Shown piece by piece: positions 49,791-62,177 of a stretch of 64,000 nt of DNA (position 1 is its first letter; each line of letters begins with the position of its first letter). This DNA comes from Isurus oxyrinchus (taxonomy: Eukaryota). Location: the NCBI GenBank assembly GCA_026770705.1, contig JANJGN010000005.1, positions 47,678,001 to 47,742,000 of the forward strand. Reading direction: 5' to 3'. The notes beneath the pieces were generated by a model. That model ran no database searches and was not told where the DNA came from. It saw only the letters and a program-made list of their open reading frames with translations. A program made the translations under genes and the position numbers.

Positions 49791-50840
49791 GCCAGAGGAA
49801 ACATCATCCCTGCATCCTGTCTGTCTATTCCTGTCAGAATTTTATATGTTTCAATGAGATCTCCTTAATCTTCTAAATTGCAGTGAATACACCCTAGTCG
49901 GCCCAATCTCTCCTCACAGGACAATCCTGCCATCCCAGGAATCAGTCTGATGAACCTTCGCTTCACTCCCTCTGTGGCAAGTATATTCTTTCTTAGATAA
50001 GGAGAACAAAATTGCACACAATACTCCAGGTGTGGTCTCACCAAGGCCCTGAACAGCTGCAGTAAGACATCCTTGCTCCTGTACTCAAGTCCTCTAGCCA
50101 TAAAGCCCAACACACCATAAGCCTTCCTAACTGCTTGCTGCATCTGCATGCTTGCTTTCAGTGATTGGTGTGCAAGGACACCCAGGTCCCATTGTACATC
50201 AACATTTCCTAATCTATCATCATTTAAATAATACTCTGCCATTCTGTTTTTCATACCAAAATGGATAACTTACACTTATCAATATTATACTGCATCTGCC
50301 ATGTTTTTGCCCACTCATTCATCCTGTCTAAATTGCCTTGAGACCTCTTAACACCCTCCTCATCGCTCACATTCCCACCAAGTTTCATGTCATCAGCAAA
50401 CTTGGAAATATTACATTTGGTTCCCTCATCCAAATCATCGATATATATTGTGAATAGCTGGAGCCCAAGCACTGATCCCTGAGGTACCCCACTAATCATT
50501 CCCTGCCATTTCTAAAAAGGCCCATTTATTCCTACTCTGTCTGCTAGCCAATTCTTAATCCATGCCAATATATTAGCCCCAATCCCATGTGCTTTAATTT
50601 TGCACACTAACCTCTTATGTGGAACTTTATCAAAAACTTTCTGAAAATCCAAATATACCACATCCACTGGTTCTCCGTTATCTATTCTGCTAATTACATC
50701 CTCAAAAGACTCCAGTAGGCTTGTCAAACATGATTTCCCTTTCATGAATCCATGTTGACTTTGTCTAATCATGTTGCTATTTTTTAAGTGTCCTGTTATC
50801 ACATCCTCTATAATAGAATCTAATATTTTTCCTGCTACTG
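49791..50840 (-). mobile_element. CR1 RT fragment
   Basis: SQHGFMKGKSCLT...YLDFQKVFDKVPH; GVPQGSVLG...KFADD; RPHLEYCVQF. Confidence 0.9.
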
Positions 50841-51244
50841 ATGATATTCTATACCCCCCAACCCCCATGATATTCTATACCCTCCCACCTGTGATTTTCC
50901 ATACCCTCCAAAACCCATAAAATTATACATCTTCAACCCCCTTGACCCTGCCCTCACAATATTCTATACGCTCCACCCCCCATGACATTTATACCTCTGA
51001 GATATTCTATATGCCCCCAAAACTGTGATATTCTATACCTTCTACCCCTTGTGATATTCTATATTCCCACCACTGTAATATTCTATACCCTGTACCCATG
51101 ATTTTCTAAACTCTCCAACCCTACGTATTCAATATCCTCCACTCTTATGATAGTCTATACCCTCCACCACTATGATGTTCTATACCCTTCACTCCATTAA
51201 CACATCCAGCCTCAAGATATTCTAGATGCTCCACACCATGATGT

Positions 51245-53910
51245 TCCAGTAGAGCTACAACATTGTTATCTACCCAAAAATGTGGAAAATTGCCCACAAA
51301 AAGCAGAACAAATCCAATCCGGCCAATTACCCCCTATCAGTCTACTCTCACGCATCAGCAAAGTGATGGAAGATGTCATTGGCAGTGTTACCAAGCGGCA
51401 CTTACGAAGCAATAACCTGCTCATTGACGCTCAGTTTGCATTCCACCAGGGCCACTTGGCTCCAGAGCCCATTACAGCATGGACAAAAGAGCTGAATTCA
51501 AGAGGTCAGTTAAGAGTTACTTCCCTTGACATCAAGGCAGTATTTGACCGAATGTGACATCAAGGGGCCCTAGAAAAATTGAAATCAATGGGAATCAGAG
51601 AGTTAATTCTATACTGGTTGGAGTCATATCTAGTACAAAGGAAGATGGTTCTGGTTATTGGAGGCCAATCGTCTCAGCCCCAGGACATCAGTGCAGGTGC
51701 AGCCCTCATAGACCTGTCATCGGCCTTTGACACAATCTGGATTAAAGGCCTGATACTGAAACTCACAAAGATCATCCCCAGCACCAAAACACTATGCCTG
51801 CTTTGGGCAATGCTGAACAATAGACGACTACGTAACCATCTTGGCAACAAAAGTCAACTAACCTCAATCGCTCGACAACAGACTACCAAAAAGGCATTGA
51901 CGCTTTTCAACATCTACATGAACGACATGCCGCCAACAAAGTCTCACTAGCTTGCATATGTGGATGATCTTGCTCTGGCAACACAAGCAGCCATCTTTGA
52001 TGACATCAAGTCCACTTTGAACATGGGCCTCAACATCATGTCTGAGTACTTTCAGAATTGGAGGCTCAAACCAAAGTCCCACAAACAACAGACACTGCAT
52101 TTCATCTTGATAACAAGAATGCTAAACGCACCCTGAATGTGATCTTCTGCAGCAACCTCGTACAACATGATCCCAGTCTGACTTACCTCAGAGTGAAGTT
52201 GGACAGCCCCACTAATCTTCCAAGACCACCTGAAGAAGGTAGCTACCAAGATGAAATCAACAGTCAACTTGATCCAGAAACTGACAAACACCAGTTGGGG
52301 AGCCTCAGCACCAGTACTATGGACTTCAGCAATGGCCCTTGTATACTCCATAGCTGCACCAGTATGGGCCAGAAGTAGCCACTTTCAACTGGTTGATGTT
52401 CAACTGAACACCACAATGCATCACTGGAATCTACAAGTCAACCTCAACACCCTGGCTACCTGTGCTGGCACACATCGCACCACCACCAATCAGCCGCGAA
52501 GTAGCGACACTCTGTAAAGCTCAGTGAATCAAGGAAAACAAATGGTTCCCCATCCAGCAGGACCTCACCAACCTCCCTCACCTTCACTTGAAATCATACA
52601 AACCCTTTTGGACCCACGTACTCAATCTCAGGCAATGCGACTTCAACTCTGAAGACGCTTGGAAAAATGTATGGTCCTCACAAGAATTCACAACCAAACA
52701 CCTCAAAAAAGACCAGACACAGAAGGTTTCGACCTCCCATGAAGTTCATGGGCCCCCCCTAAAGAGCATCCATACAAACCATGGCGGGTGCGGATACCTG
52801 ATACACAAATGGAAAATTAAAAACTCTCCTGCGTGTGGCTGCGGTCACCCAGAATATACCATGGAGCACATAACACAATACCCGACTCAAAAATACAAAG
52901 GAGGTATTACAGAGATACAAACCCCTGCTCCTGACATAATATCTTGGCGTGGCCACCTTGATGTAAAATTCTAGTTATTGCTCTATACCCAGGAGGTGTT
53001 GTGCTGGGTATTATCCTAGGTCCAAACAACTTCAGCTGCTTCATCAATGACATTCCCTCCATCATAACGTCAGAAGTGGGGATGTTCGCTGATCATGACA
53101 CAATGTTCAGTACCAGGCTCTTTATTCCGAGTCCATATGCAGCAAGACTTGAACAACTCAGACTTGAACTGATAAGTGACAAATAACATTTGTGCCATAC
53201 AAGTGCCAGGTCATGACCATCTCTAACAGGAAAGAATCTAACCATTTCCCCTTGACATTCAATGGCATCACTATTACTGATTTCCTCCACTATCAACATC
53301 CTGGGGTGACCATCAATCAGAAACTTAAATACTATGACTACAAGAGCAAGTCAGAGGCTGGGAATTCTGAGGCAAGTCTCACCTCCTGACTCCTCAAAGA
53401 CTATCCACCATCTTCAAGGCACAAGTCAAGAGTGTGATGGAATGTTCTCCACTTGGTTATTGAGTGCAATTCCAAAAACACTCAGGAAGCTCAACATCAA
53501 CCAGGACTAAGAAGCCCGCTTGACTGGTACCCTTAGCCATCACATTAAACGTTCACACCCTCCACCAGAGCACAGTGGCAGTTGTGTGCATCATATACAA
53601 GATGCACAGCAGCAATTCTCCAGCCTTCCTCGACCTCCAACACTTAGAAGGACAAGGGCGGCGAGCACATGGGAAGAACACAATGCAAGTTCCTCTCCAA
53701 GCTACCTGACACCATCCTGACTTGGAACTATATTGCCATCACTTCCCAGTCACTTGGTCAACAGCCTAGAACTTCATCCCTAACAGCTCTGCGGGTGTGC
53801 TTATGCCACATGGACTGCAGTGGTTCAAGAAAGCAGTTCACCATCACTTTCTCAAGGGCAATAAATGCTGGCCTTGCCAGGCATGCTAACATCCCATGAA
53901 AGAATAAAAT
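51245..53910 (+). mobile_element. CR1/L2-group LINE split by a Vingi-like LINE
   Basis: PISLLSRISKVME...LDIKAVFDR (51282-51690) resumes as LGPNNFSCFINDIP...MFAD (53001 onward) to the tail at about 53900. Confidence 0.85.
51697..52985 (+). mobile_element. Vingi/Ingi-like LINE, 5'-truncated
   Basis: IDLSSAFDTIW, YVDDLALATQ, WRLKP, KLTNTSWGASAPVLWTSAMALVYS..APVW and C-terminal CGCGHPEYTMEHI. Confidence 0.75.
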
Positions 53911-54435
53911 AAAATGTTATACCCTCCTAGCTGTGATATTCAAAACGCTCCACACCTGGGATGATCAGTGTCCCCATCCTGAAGATAGTCTATACCACCC
54001 AAACCCACAATATTCTATACCCCATGACATTCTATTCACTCCAACCCTACAATATACCCTAACCCATGACATTCTATACTTCCCACCCCCCAATATTCGA
54101 TGTCCTCAATCCCCTCCACCCCTTCATTATAAAAATGCTGTAACCCCTGCAATATTCTATACCCTTCAGCCCCACAATATTCTAAACCCTCTCCACCCCA
54201 TGATAGTTAATCCCCTGCAGTCCATTTATATTCTATATTGTCCATCCCTATGATATCCTATACTCTCCACCCTCTCAACATTCTATATGCTGCACCCCCT
54301 GCAATATTCTATACCCTCCAGCCCCACAATATTCTAATCCCCCTCCCACCCCATGATACTCTATATCCTGCAGCCCATTATATTCTATATCCTCCAACTC
54401 CATGATATTCTATAGCTCTACCCTATGATATTCTA

Positions 54436-55012
54436 TCATCATTATTGGCTACCTCTCGCGAGTGAGGATGATTGTCTTCCATGAGTCCGAAGATTGCTGA
54501 AGTGGCCAATTCAGGATCTGCAGATTCTATAGCACGCAGGGCATTTGTTGCCATGTGGGATGTCTGGTCATGTATAATCAGTTTGGGTTGTGGTGTGTTT
54601 TCGCTGCTTTCATTTTTCCTCCTCATTTTGTCGTTGTCATGTCTCAAAATGCAGGAATCCTTCCCACAGACTCTGCCACCATCTGGTTTGATCCAGGGTG
54701 ATGGTCTCCCAGGAATTGATATCCATGTTGCATTTCTTCATGTTGGCTTTCAGCACATCCTTGAAGCATTTCTCCTGTCCTCCTCTGGTGCGTCAGCCCT
54801 GACTGAGCTGGGAGCAGGAGACCTGCTTTGGGAGCCTGTTATATGACATCCGAACTATATGATCAACCCAACAAAGCTGATGAAGGATGATCATGTCCTC
54901 CATGCATGTGGTGCCTACTTGTGAGAGGAATCTAATGTCAATATGTCTCTCCTCCCACTTAATATGCAAGATTTTCCACAGGCAGCGCTGATGATATGAC
55001 TGCAGTCTCATT
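54436..55012 (-). mobile_element. RTE-clade LINE 3' end
   Basis: YHQRCLWKILHIKWEE...QLCWVDHIVRM...RLPKQV; short ATG-repeat tail. Confidence 0.8.
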
Positions 55013-55287
55013 TCTACCAGCCATCCTTCTAATTACCTATCAGGAGCTGAAATAACAACAATTTTCTATTTTGGGTTTAAAGCTCAAAACTGGGTTCAAA
55101 CTACCCAAAGCGATTCCATGTTGTGAGAGGAGGGAAAAACTGATAAAGCGGAAAAACTGACAAAGCTAATTAACCATACATGAGTTTGGTCTCTTTTTTG
55201 TTTCACTTCCTTGAAAATCAACACTGCCCTCTATAGTCATCACAATGCTCCACTCAACCTCTTCACAGTTGTCATTCTGAATGTCCA

Positions 55288-55385
55288 GGGTCTCAGCCTT
55301 AGATCAGTGACACCTCACCTGAAACAGAAGGTCATGGGTTCAAGTCCCACGTCAGAGACTTGAGCATATAATCTAGGCTGGCCCT
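55288..55385 (+). mobile_element. tRNA-SINE head fragment
   Basis: GGGTTCAAGTCCCAC B-box followed by AGAGACTTGAGCATATAATCTAGGCTG. Confidence 0.65.
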
Positions 55386-55544
55386 TCAACGTTCTGACTA
55401 CAAAATTTGGCTCTCTAGAGCCTGTAGTTTTGATATTACTGGTGCCGTTTTAGTGCAAAATGGCCTCCGTACCACATGGACATACTTCTGGAGTGCCCTG
55501 CCTTGCTTGGTGACAGTTCTTGGGTATCTGAAAGGAAGGCACAA

Positions 55545-55950
55545 GAGTAAAAGCAAAATACTGCGGCTGCTGGAGCTCTGAAATAAAAACAGGAGGTGCC
55601 AGAAAAACTCAACAGGTCTGGCAGCACCTGTGGAGAGAGAAACAAAGTTAACATTTTGAGTCTAATATGACTTCTTCGGAACTGAAGGGAGGTAGAAATG
55701 CAATGTGTTTTAAGCTGTTGAAAAAGGGCATAGGTCAGATAGAACAAAAGGGAAGGTCAGGGATGGGTTAGATGGCAGGGAAGATAAAATACAAAAGATG
55801 TCATGGAACAAAAGGCAAAGGGAGAGGCAATGGTGTAGTAAAGAAACAAATTATAGGTCCAGAGTAGGTGTTTAATAGCAAAATAAATGTCAACTCAGTC
55901 CGAAAGCAAAAACAAGATACAGACTATCACTTGGCAAAAAAAAATTTCAA
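55545..55950 (-). mobile_element. Penelope 3' UTR/pLTR, older copy
   Basis: AAAAGCAAAATACTGCGGCTGCTGG...AAAAACTCAACAGGTCTGGCAGC...; degenerate hammerhead at about 55645-55683. Confidence 0.75.
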
Positions 55951-55982
55951 AATTGAGGATTACTTCTCCTTAGTTCTTCCCA

Positions 55983-56500
55983 TTCATGTAAAATCATGAA
56001 CCTTTTTCAGCACTCCATCCAGGTCCTTGGGGCTAAACTCCTGGCATTGGCCTGAATGGCTATCGACTCCCAGTATCTTCTCGGAGTTTGTCTGCCCTGA
56101 CAATAAACAATTTCTTTCCTGCCCACTTTCTGCACCAAGGTCTCCAGTGCTGTGCTGGAATCCACTCTCTGCCATGTTGTGCCCTTCTTGTGTGTTTCCT
56201 AGGACCAAGTCACTTATGCAATTAATTCCAGAACCTGTTCAAGCCAAAATGCACCAGTGCTTTAAAAGGTGTAGGCTTGCTTTAAATAACAAGCTAGCTT
56301 GAACTCATGCTAGCCTCTCAAGATTTCACACCTCCTACTTAGGTATGTAGCCACTCTTAGCACACACAGCACTGGCTGTATGTTACAACTATATAAATGA
56401 ACAGGCAGCAAGAAGTTTATGAGCTGGCTGCATTGCAACAAACACATTCAGATGATGTATTATGATTCCTGAACCCATTTTCAGGCCTTGACTAATTTCC
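55983..56500 (-). mobile_element. Harbinger-like Myb/SANT fragment
   Basis: Minus-strand WESIAIQANARSLAPRTWMEC*KRF, a trihelix-type motif. Confidence 0.55.
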
Positions 56501-58249
56501 CACCTCTCCAACTTTCAAGTAATCTCTTTCTCTCTCTCTCTGTCTCGCTAATTCCCGGCTACAGACACTGGACACACAACTGTTTTGTTTTCTTTTAATT
56601 TGAAGCTAATTTTCCTTTATTTATTCTTCCTACTTTTCTCCATAGTTCGTAAATAAACTGTGTAGGCCCATTTGGTGCTAGGCCTCAGCAGGTGCAGCTT
56701 TCAATTAATTTTTAAAAATGCACTAGGGATCAGAACTATATAAGACTTGTAAGATGGCATTGCAGTCCATCTGGCTGGTTCAAACATTACTATCATTACA
56801 TTACTCTACATTTCAACCCCATCACTTTGTCAAATATTAGTCAAGTTTCCCCTTGAATTTACCCACCTCATCCATCTCCACAAGCAGCATTTCATGTGGA
56901 GTAGCTAAAGTTGGTGGCAACAGTCAATTGTCTTTCCAATCTGCGCCTAGCCCTATAGAAAAGCAGGCTTGACCCTGCCAGCCACAAGGGCAGAAGCTGG
57001 TAACCTCACTCATGAGAATCCCACCAAATTGAAAAGAATTGATCAGCCTGTCAATAGGTTGTAACCAAGGTAATGCATAGAGGCAGGAATAGCGATTAAG
57101 TTGTTTTCCCCCTACATCTTATCAGGAAACAGTACTATTTAACCCTCCCATAAGGACATCAGTTCCAGCTCAGCTGAGGTGCAACCTATCTACCTTGAAC
57201 AGGTGGCTCCTGGGAAATTCAAGTCTCATATTGTAGCCTTGCTCTTCAAATTGGATTCCCAGTACATTACCAAGGTAGCATCCATTACTTGGTGAATGAT
57301 GAAATACATTATGTTTAGTCCTATATTAATCAGTGCTAACAACATAACTCATTACTGTGACCATCTCCTACCTCATGTAATAATTAATTGCCTTCTATTC
57401 ATTCAGTCCTAATCATTGCATGACAGCATTTAAATATTCTCCTCTGAATAAATACTAATTATAATCATCATTATGTGAATGAATAACTTTAAAAAATGTT
57501 CTTGTCAAGGTGAGACATGTAATTGCTGAGGAATGGCATATTTTCCAATTACAGGGGCCCGCTACCAGTATCAAGCACTTCCCATTCATATTCAGAGTGA
57601 AGTTTCTGGTACTCTGACCCATCAATGTAGCACAGCCCAACTTCAGAAGGTCACTCCATGTTGCACCAGTGTGACCAGCTATCCCAAGGCCATTCTGACT
57701 GGGATCTCCTAGTTTGTACCAAATCAGGGTAGTTTGTACTCTCATGTTCAGTCCCAACTAAGCTGAGACTGCCCAAACTCACAAAGGCATATGCATTGAC
57801 TAATGTGACACAATATATCAGCAGGGCTGAGGTATACTATACCATATAAAGTTAGACCCAATGGCAACTATTTTGAGCATCGCAAGATCCTACATGGTCA
57901 GTAAATGTATATTTAATGGCTTTGGAGTTTTATCCATGAAATGATTTTGATGTTGTAAAAACCCATCTGGCTCACTAACATCCTTTAGGGAAGAAAATCT
58001 GCCACCCTTACCTGGGCTGGCCTACATGTGACTCCAGGCCCACAGCAATGTGTTCGACTCTTAACTTTCCTCTGAACAAGGGCAATTAGGGATGGGCAAT
58101 AAATGCTGGCTTAGCCAGCGATGCCCACAACCCATGAATGATTTTTTAAAAAATTCACCTGAATAGAATAACTTATCTAAAGGACTGCACTCCTGAAAAC
58201 ACAACACGTGGTGGGAGCCTAAGTGATTTAACCAAGTGGTGCAGTGGGC

Positions 58250-59660
58250 CTTGAAGTCATACACATCTGAGTTCTAATATAGGCTGGGATATTAACAGTG
58301 TAAAGGCAAAGAAGGTGAGAAATTCCTGAAATGTGTACAAGATAACTTTCTTGATCAGTAGTGAGGCAAGTAGATAACATTTCAGTGGGAGCATGTTGAG
58401 AACAGTGATCATAATTTTTCATTAACAGGATGTGGGCATTGCTGGCTAGACCAGCATTTATTGCCCATCCCTAATTGCTCTTGCAGTGTACTGATGACAC
58501 AATATCATCAGGCTTAGAATAATTTTGGAAAAGGATGAGATACAATCGAACATTAAAAAAACTTCACTAGAGTAGGGTTAACCTCAGCGAGTTGAAATTA
58601 ATTTGGTGCAGGTGGATTATGATCAAAAGTTGGTAGGCAAAAATATAATTGAACAATGAGGGACCTTTAAGGAGGAAATGGTTCAGGTGCAGAGTAGGCC
58701 CATTCCTATGTGGAGGAAAAGGAAGGTGAACCAAAGCTAGAGCTCCCTGGATAACTAAAGGTATAGAGGTTAAAATGAGACAGGGAAAGGAGACTAATGG
58801 AATTGAAAGGATCATAATGCAGTAGAGGACCAAGCTGAAGATAAAAAGCTCAGGGTTGATCTAAAAACAGGGGAATTAGAGGGGCAAAGAGAAAATATGA
58901 GAAGATTATTGATAACATTTAAAAAAATCCTTTTCTAAACACATAAATGTAAAAGGGTAGTCAAAAGAAGCATAGGGTAGCTTAGAGACCAAAAATGAGA
59001 TCATCTTATAGAAGCAGAGAGTTTAGCTGAGTTGCTACATGAGTATTTTGCAACTATCTGTGCTAGAAAAGAGGATACTACCAATATGATAGAGGAGGAG
59101 GTAGGATTGGAAAGGATAAAAATTGATAAAAATGGAGCCACTTAAAGGTTCACAGCTGTAAAAGCAGATTGTCACCCAATCCAGGTGAAAGGCATCCTCG
59201 GGAACTGAGGAAAAAAAGGGAGCCTCTAGCCACAACCTTCCAATCTATTGTGCTTATAGGAGTGGTGCCAGAGGACTGGAGGAGTGCAAATGCTGCACCA
59301 CTGTTCAAAAAAGGGGTAAAGGATAAACCCAGCAACTACAGGCTAGTCAACTTATGCCAATGGGAGGAAATCTTCCAGAGACAATGATAAATATGGGCGA
59401 ATAAAAGAAAGTCAGCATGCCTTTGTTAGATCCAAATCATGTTTGACTATCTTGATCTAGTTCTTTGATGAAGTAATGGAGAGGATTGATGAGGATAATG
59501 CAGTTAGATGTTGTTCTTTAAGCATGCAAAAGGCATTCTGCAAAGTACCACACTTGATACCAAAATGAAAGCCAATGTAATAAAAGGGGTAGTGGCAGAA
59601 TGGATACAAATTGACTGAGGGATAGAAAGCAGAGAGTGGTGAAGAATGCATGTAGGGAGG
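58250..59660 (+). mobile_element. Old CR1 ORF2, heavily deleted
   Basis: SPNPGERHPREL...GVVPEDWRSANAAPLFKKG..DKPSNYRLVNL. Confidence 0.8.
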
Positions 59661-59904
59661 CTAAACATTACAAACATAGAAATATGGAAAGGTCACAGTG
59701 CAGAAGGAGGCCTTTTGGATCATTGTGTCTGGAACAGGGACAACAAAGGGAATATATAACCTTAGAATGGCTTTCGATAAATATCTCAAAGTAAACAAGG
59801 AACTATGGCCAGGATTTTTCGGCCCGGTCATAGACAGTACCCGCTGCGGGTGAGGGGGCACCCCAGCCAGAAGTCCATTGGTTTGCGGCAGGACCGGAAA
59901 AGCC

Positions 59905-61350
59905 CAAAGAAAAAGCCTTTGATCATGTTTATCACCAAAAGCTAATAGATGTGCTGCTGAAATGAAACGTTGACAGTAAAGATGCGAGATTTATATAGAA
60001 CCTATATTTCGACCAAATAGCAAGCATCAGGGTAGAAGATGCCAATCAGATATGCTTCAATTGAACAAAGCAGTACGACAAGGCTGTATACTGTCACCAA
60101 CATTATTCAACCTGTACACAGAACAAATATTCAGAGTCAGATGTACTTCCAGGAATAAAAATTGGAGGCAAGCACACAACAAACGTTCGGTGTGCTGATG
60201 ACTTGCAGAATCAGAAGAGGCCCTACAAAATATGGTTGGTCATGTAAAATCCAGAAGTTTAGAATGTGGATTGAGTATGAACACCAGAAAGACAAAAGCA
60301 ATGTTAGAAAAGTTAGAGGGAATACACTATAAGAAACTAGAGTGAAGATTAAAGTGGATGGATTCAAACTGGAACAAATAGATAAGTTTGTCTGCTTAGC
60401 ATATGTAATAACAGAAGATGGTCTACTCCTGCTCCTATTTCTTGGGCTGAATCTTACCTATGTCAGGCGACCTGAGCGGGAGCAGGCGGGGTCAGGCACG
60501 GAGCCGATCGCCACCCACAATCAGCTATGTGCCGCTATTTTACATAATACACAGCCAGCAGCAAGTGCTATCTATGCAGGCGGGGGGACCAAGGAGAGTC
60601 AGGGCCTGCGCTCTTTTGTGCATGTACGCAAAAGAACGCAGAAATCTCCCTGAGGCACGGAGTTACCTCAGGGAGATTAAGTTGATAATGAAACTTCTCA
60701 ATAAATGGCCTAAAGAATTATTTAAACATGTCCCCTCATGTGACAGTTTGTGCATTTGGCAAAATTTATTTAATTAATTTATTAAACTTTCAGGGAACCT
60801 CATCCCGCCCATTGATGAAGTTTCTTGAAAAACGCGAAGGCCGGCTGGGCTCTTCGCCTGCCCGCCAACCTTAAGGCTGAATGGCCAGCGCTGTTAACAA
60901 CGTCAATTACTTTTTTAATGGTCTTCATAGGCTTTTGACAGCTCGCCGGGCATGCAGCCACCTCTGGCTCGTGCCCACTGAACGCAAAATTGAAATGACG
61001 CACGATGACGTCAGGAATTATGCTCAATATCATCACACATCATTTTACGCATCGGGGTGTTGGGCCCACCCCCGCATGCCGACGGCAATATCCTGGCCCT
61101 TATGTTTTTATGTTCTTGTGGTAGATGTGATACCAAAGTCAAAAGGATAGAGGTAGCCAGAAGTAATTTTGTGAAGATGAAGAATGTGCTAACAACAAGA
61201 AAACTCAAGCTTGTAACAAGGAAAATACCCGTAAGATGCTACATTCTATCCACTTTCTTGGATGCCTCAAAAACGTGAACAATAAACAAAGATCTGTAGA
61301 AGCAAATAGAGGCCTTTGAAATGAAGCTGCCAAAACATATGCTTAAAATT
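59905..61350 (+). mobile_element. RTE-like LINE fragment with a nested CR1 tail and MITE
   Basis: VRQGCILSPTLFNLYTE; KLEQIDKFVCL..VITEDG, then the insert, then GRCDTKVKRIEVARSNF...RCYILSTFL. Confidence 0.75.
60444..61098 (+). mobile_element. MITE family A inserted in a CR1 tail
   Basis: GGGCTGAATC...ATCCTGGCC with CTT duplication; flanks rejoin as CTCCTATTTCTTATGTTTTTATGTTCTT. Confidence 0.8.
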
Positions 61351-61962
61351 CCGTATACTGACTGTTGGGCCCCTTCAACAAGAAAGGAAATCGAGTACTG
61401 TATTTTTTTGCCATTTTTTCTGCTGAACAAGAAAAGATGCTGCTACAAGTCACATGACCACAAGGCTGTCTCTTTGTTCTGGGAGCTACCGCCAGCTGTT
61501 ACAAGCACAAAAGAATTCCTCACTGAGCCAGTGGAATCTCATGCCTCATTGTACAGATGTCATTAATGAAAGCAGAGGAAGTGCAGACAAACTGGCTGCC
61601 CAACCAGAACTTTCACAGAACAGAGGAATTGAAACTCATCTCTCTCCTAAGAAAAAACAATGGAATTCTGGTCCGAAGCACAGAAAACTAATTGTTAAGC
61701 TGCGATTAACCATTAATGTGACATGTCACATGGCCCAAGCCTCTGACCTTTTTGGATATTTTTAATATTACATCTTTAGTTTCACAAACAGTCTGCCATT
61801 TGATATCCAAGTGGTGAGCCAGACCTCCAGACAGAACAACAGCCTGCTCCTGGAAGCCAGTCTCCGCTGGAAGATTGTCTGCTGTTGCCTGCAGAACCGA
61901 CCCAGTCTCTGTGCACCTATTTCGCCTTGCAGTATCAGCACCAAGTGCAAAACAAACTCTAT

Positions 61963-62170
61963 GGCCGAGATCTTCAGATTGGTGAGCGGGGACGGGGGCG
62001 GGGCCCGATCACCGAGGCATAAAATGACACGCGGTGACACCAAACTGGCATCCCAACGTCACCGTGCATCATTTAGATTTTCAGATCGGCGGGCGCGCAG
62101 CCGAGTCAGCTGCACAGCCGCCAAACTGTCAAAGGCCTATTAAGGCCATTTTAATATCAATTAAACTAGT
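61963..62170 (-). mobile_element. MITE family A end, interrupted by Penelope
   Basis: Homologous to 45367-45560 and 46520-46720. Confidence 0.65.
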
Positions 62171-62177
62171 AACAGAG

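Larger units (their letters stand above)
48930..54435 (+). repeat. About 28-30 bp minisatellite in three blocks (48930-49000, 50840-51245, 53915-54435) separated by LINE insertions
   Basis: Unit approximately CCCCATGATATTCTATACCCTCCAA. Confidence 0.85.

Noticed and set aside
50840-51245. CRISPR-like array
   Set aside because: Degenerate tandem minisatellite without unique spacers, no cas genes, vertebrate context.
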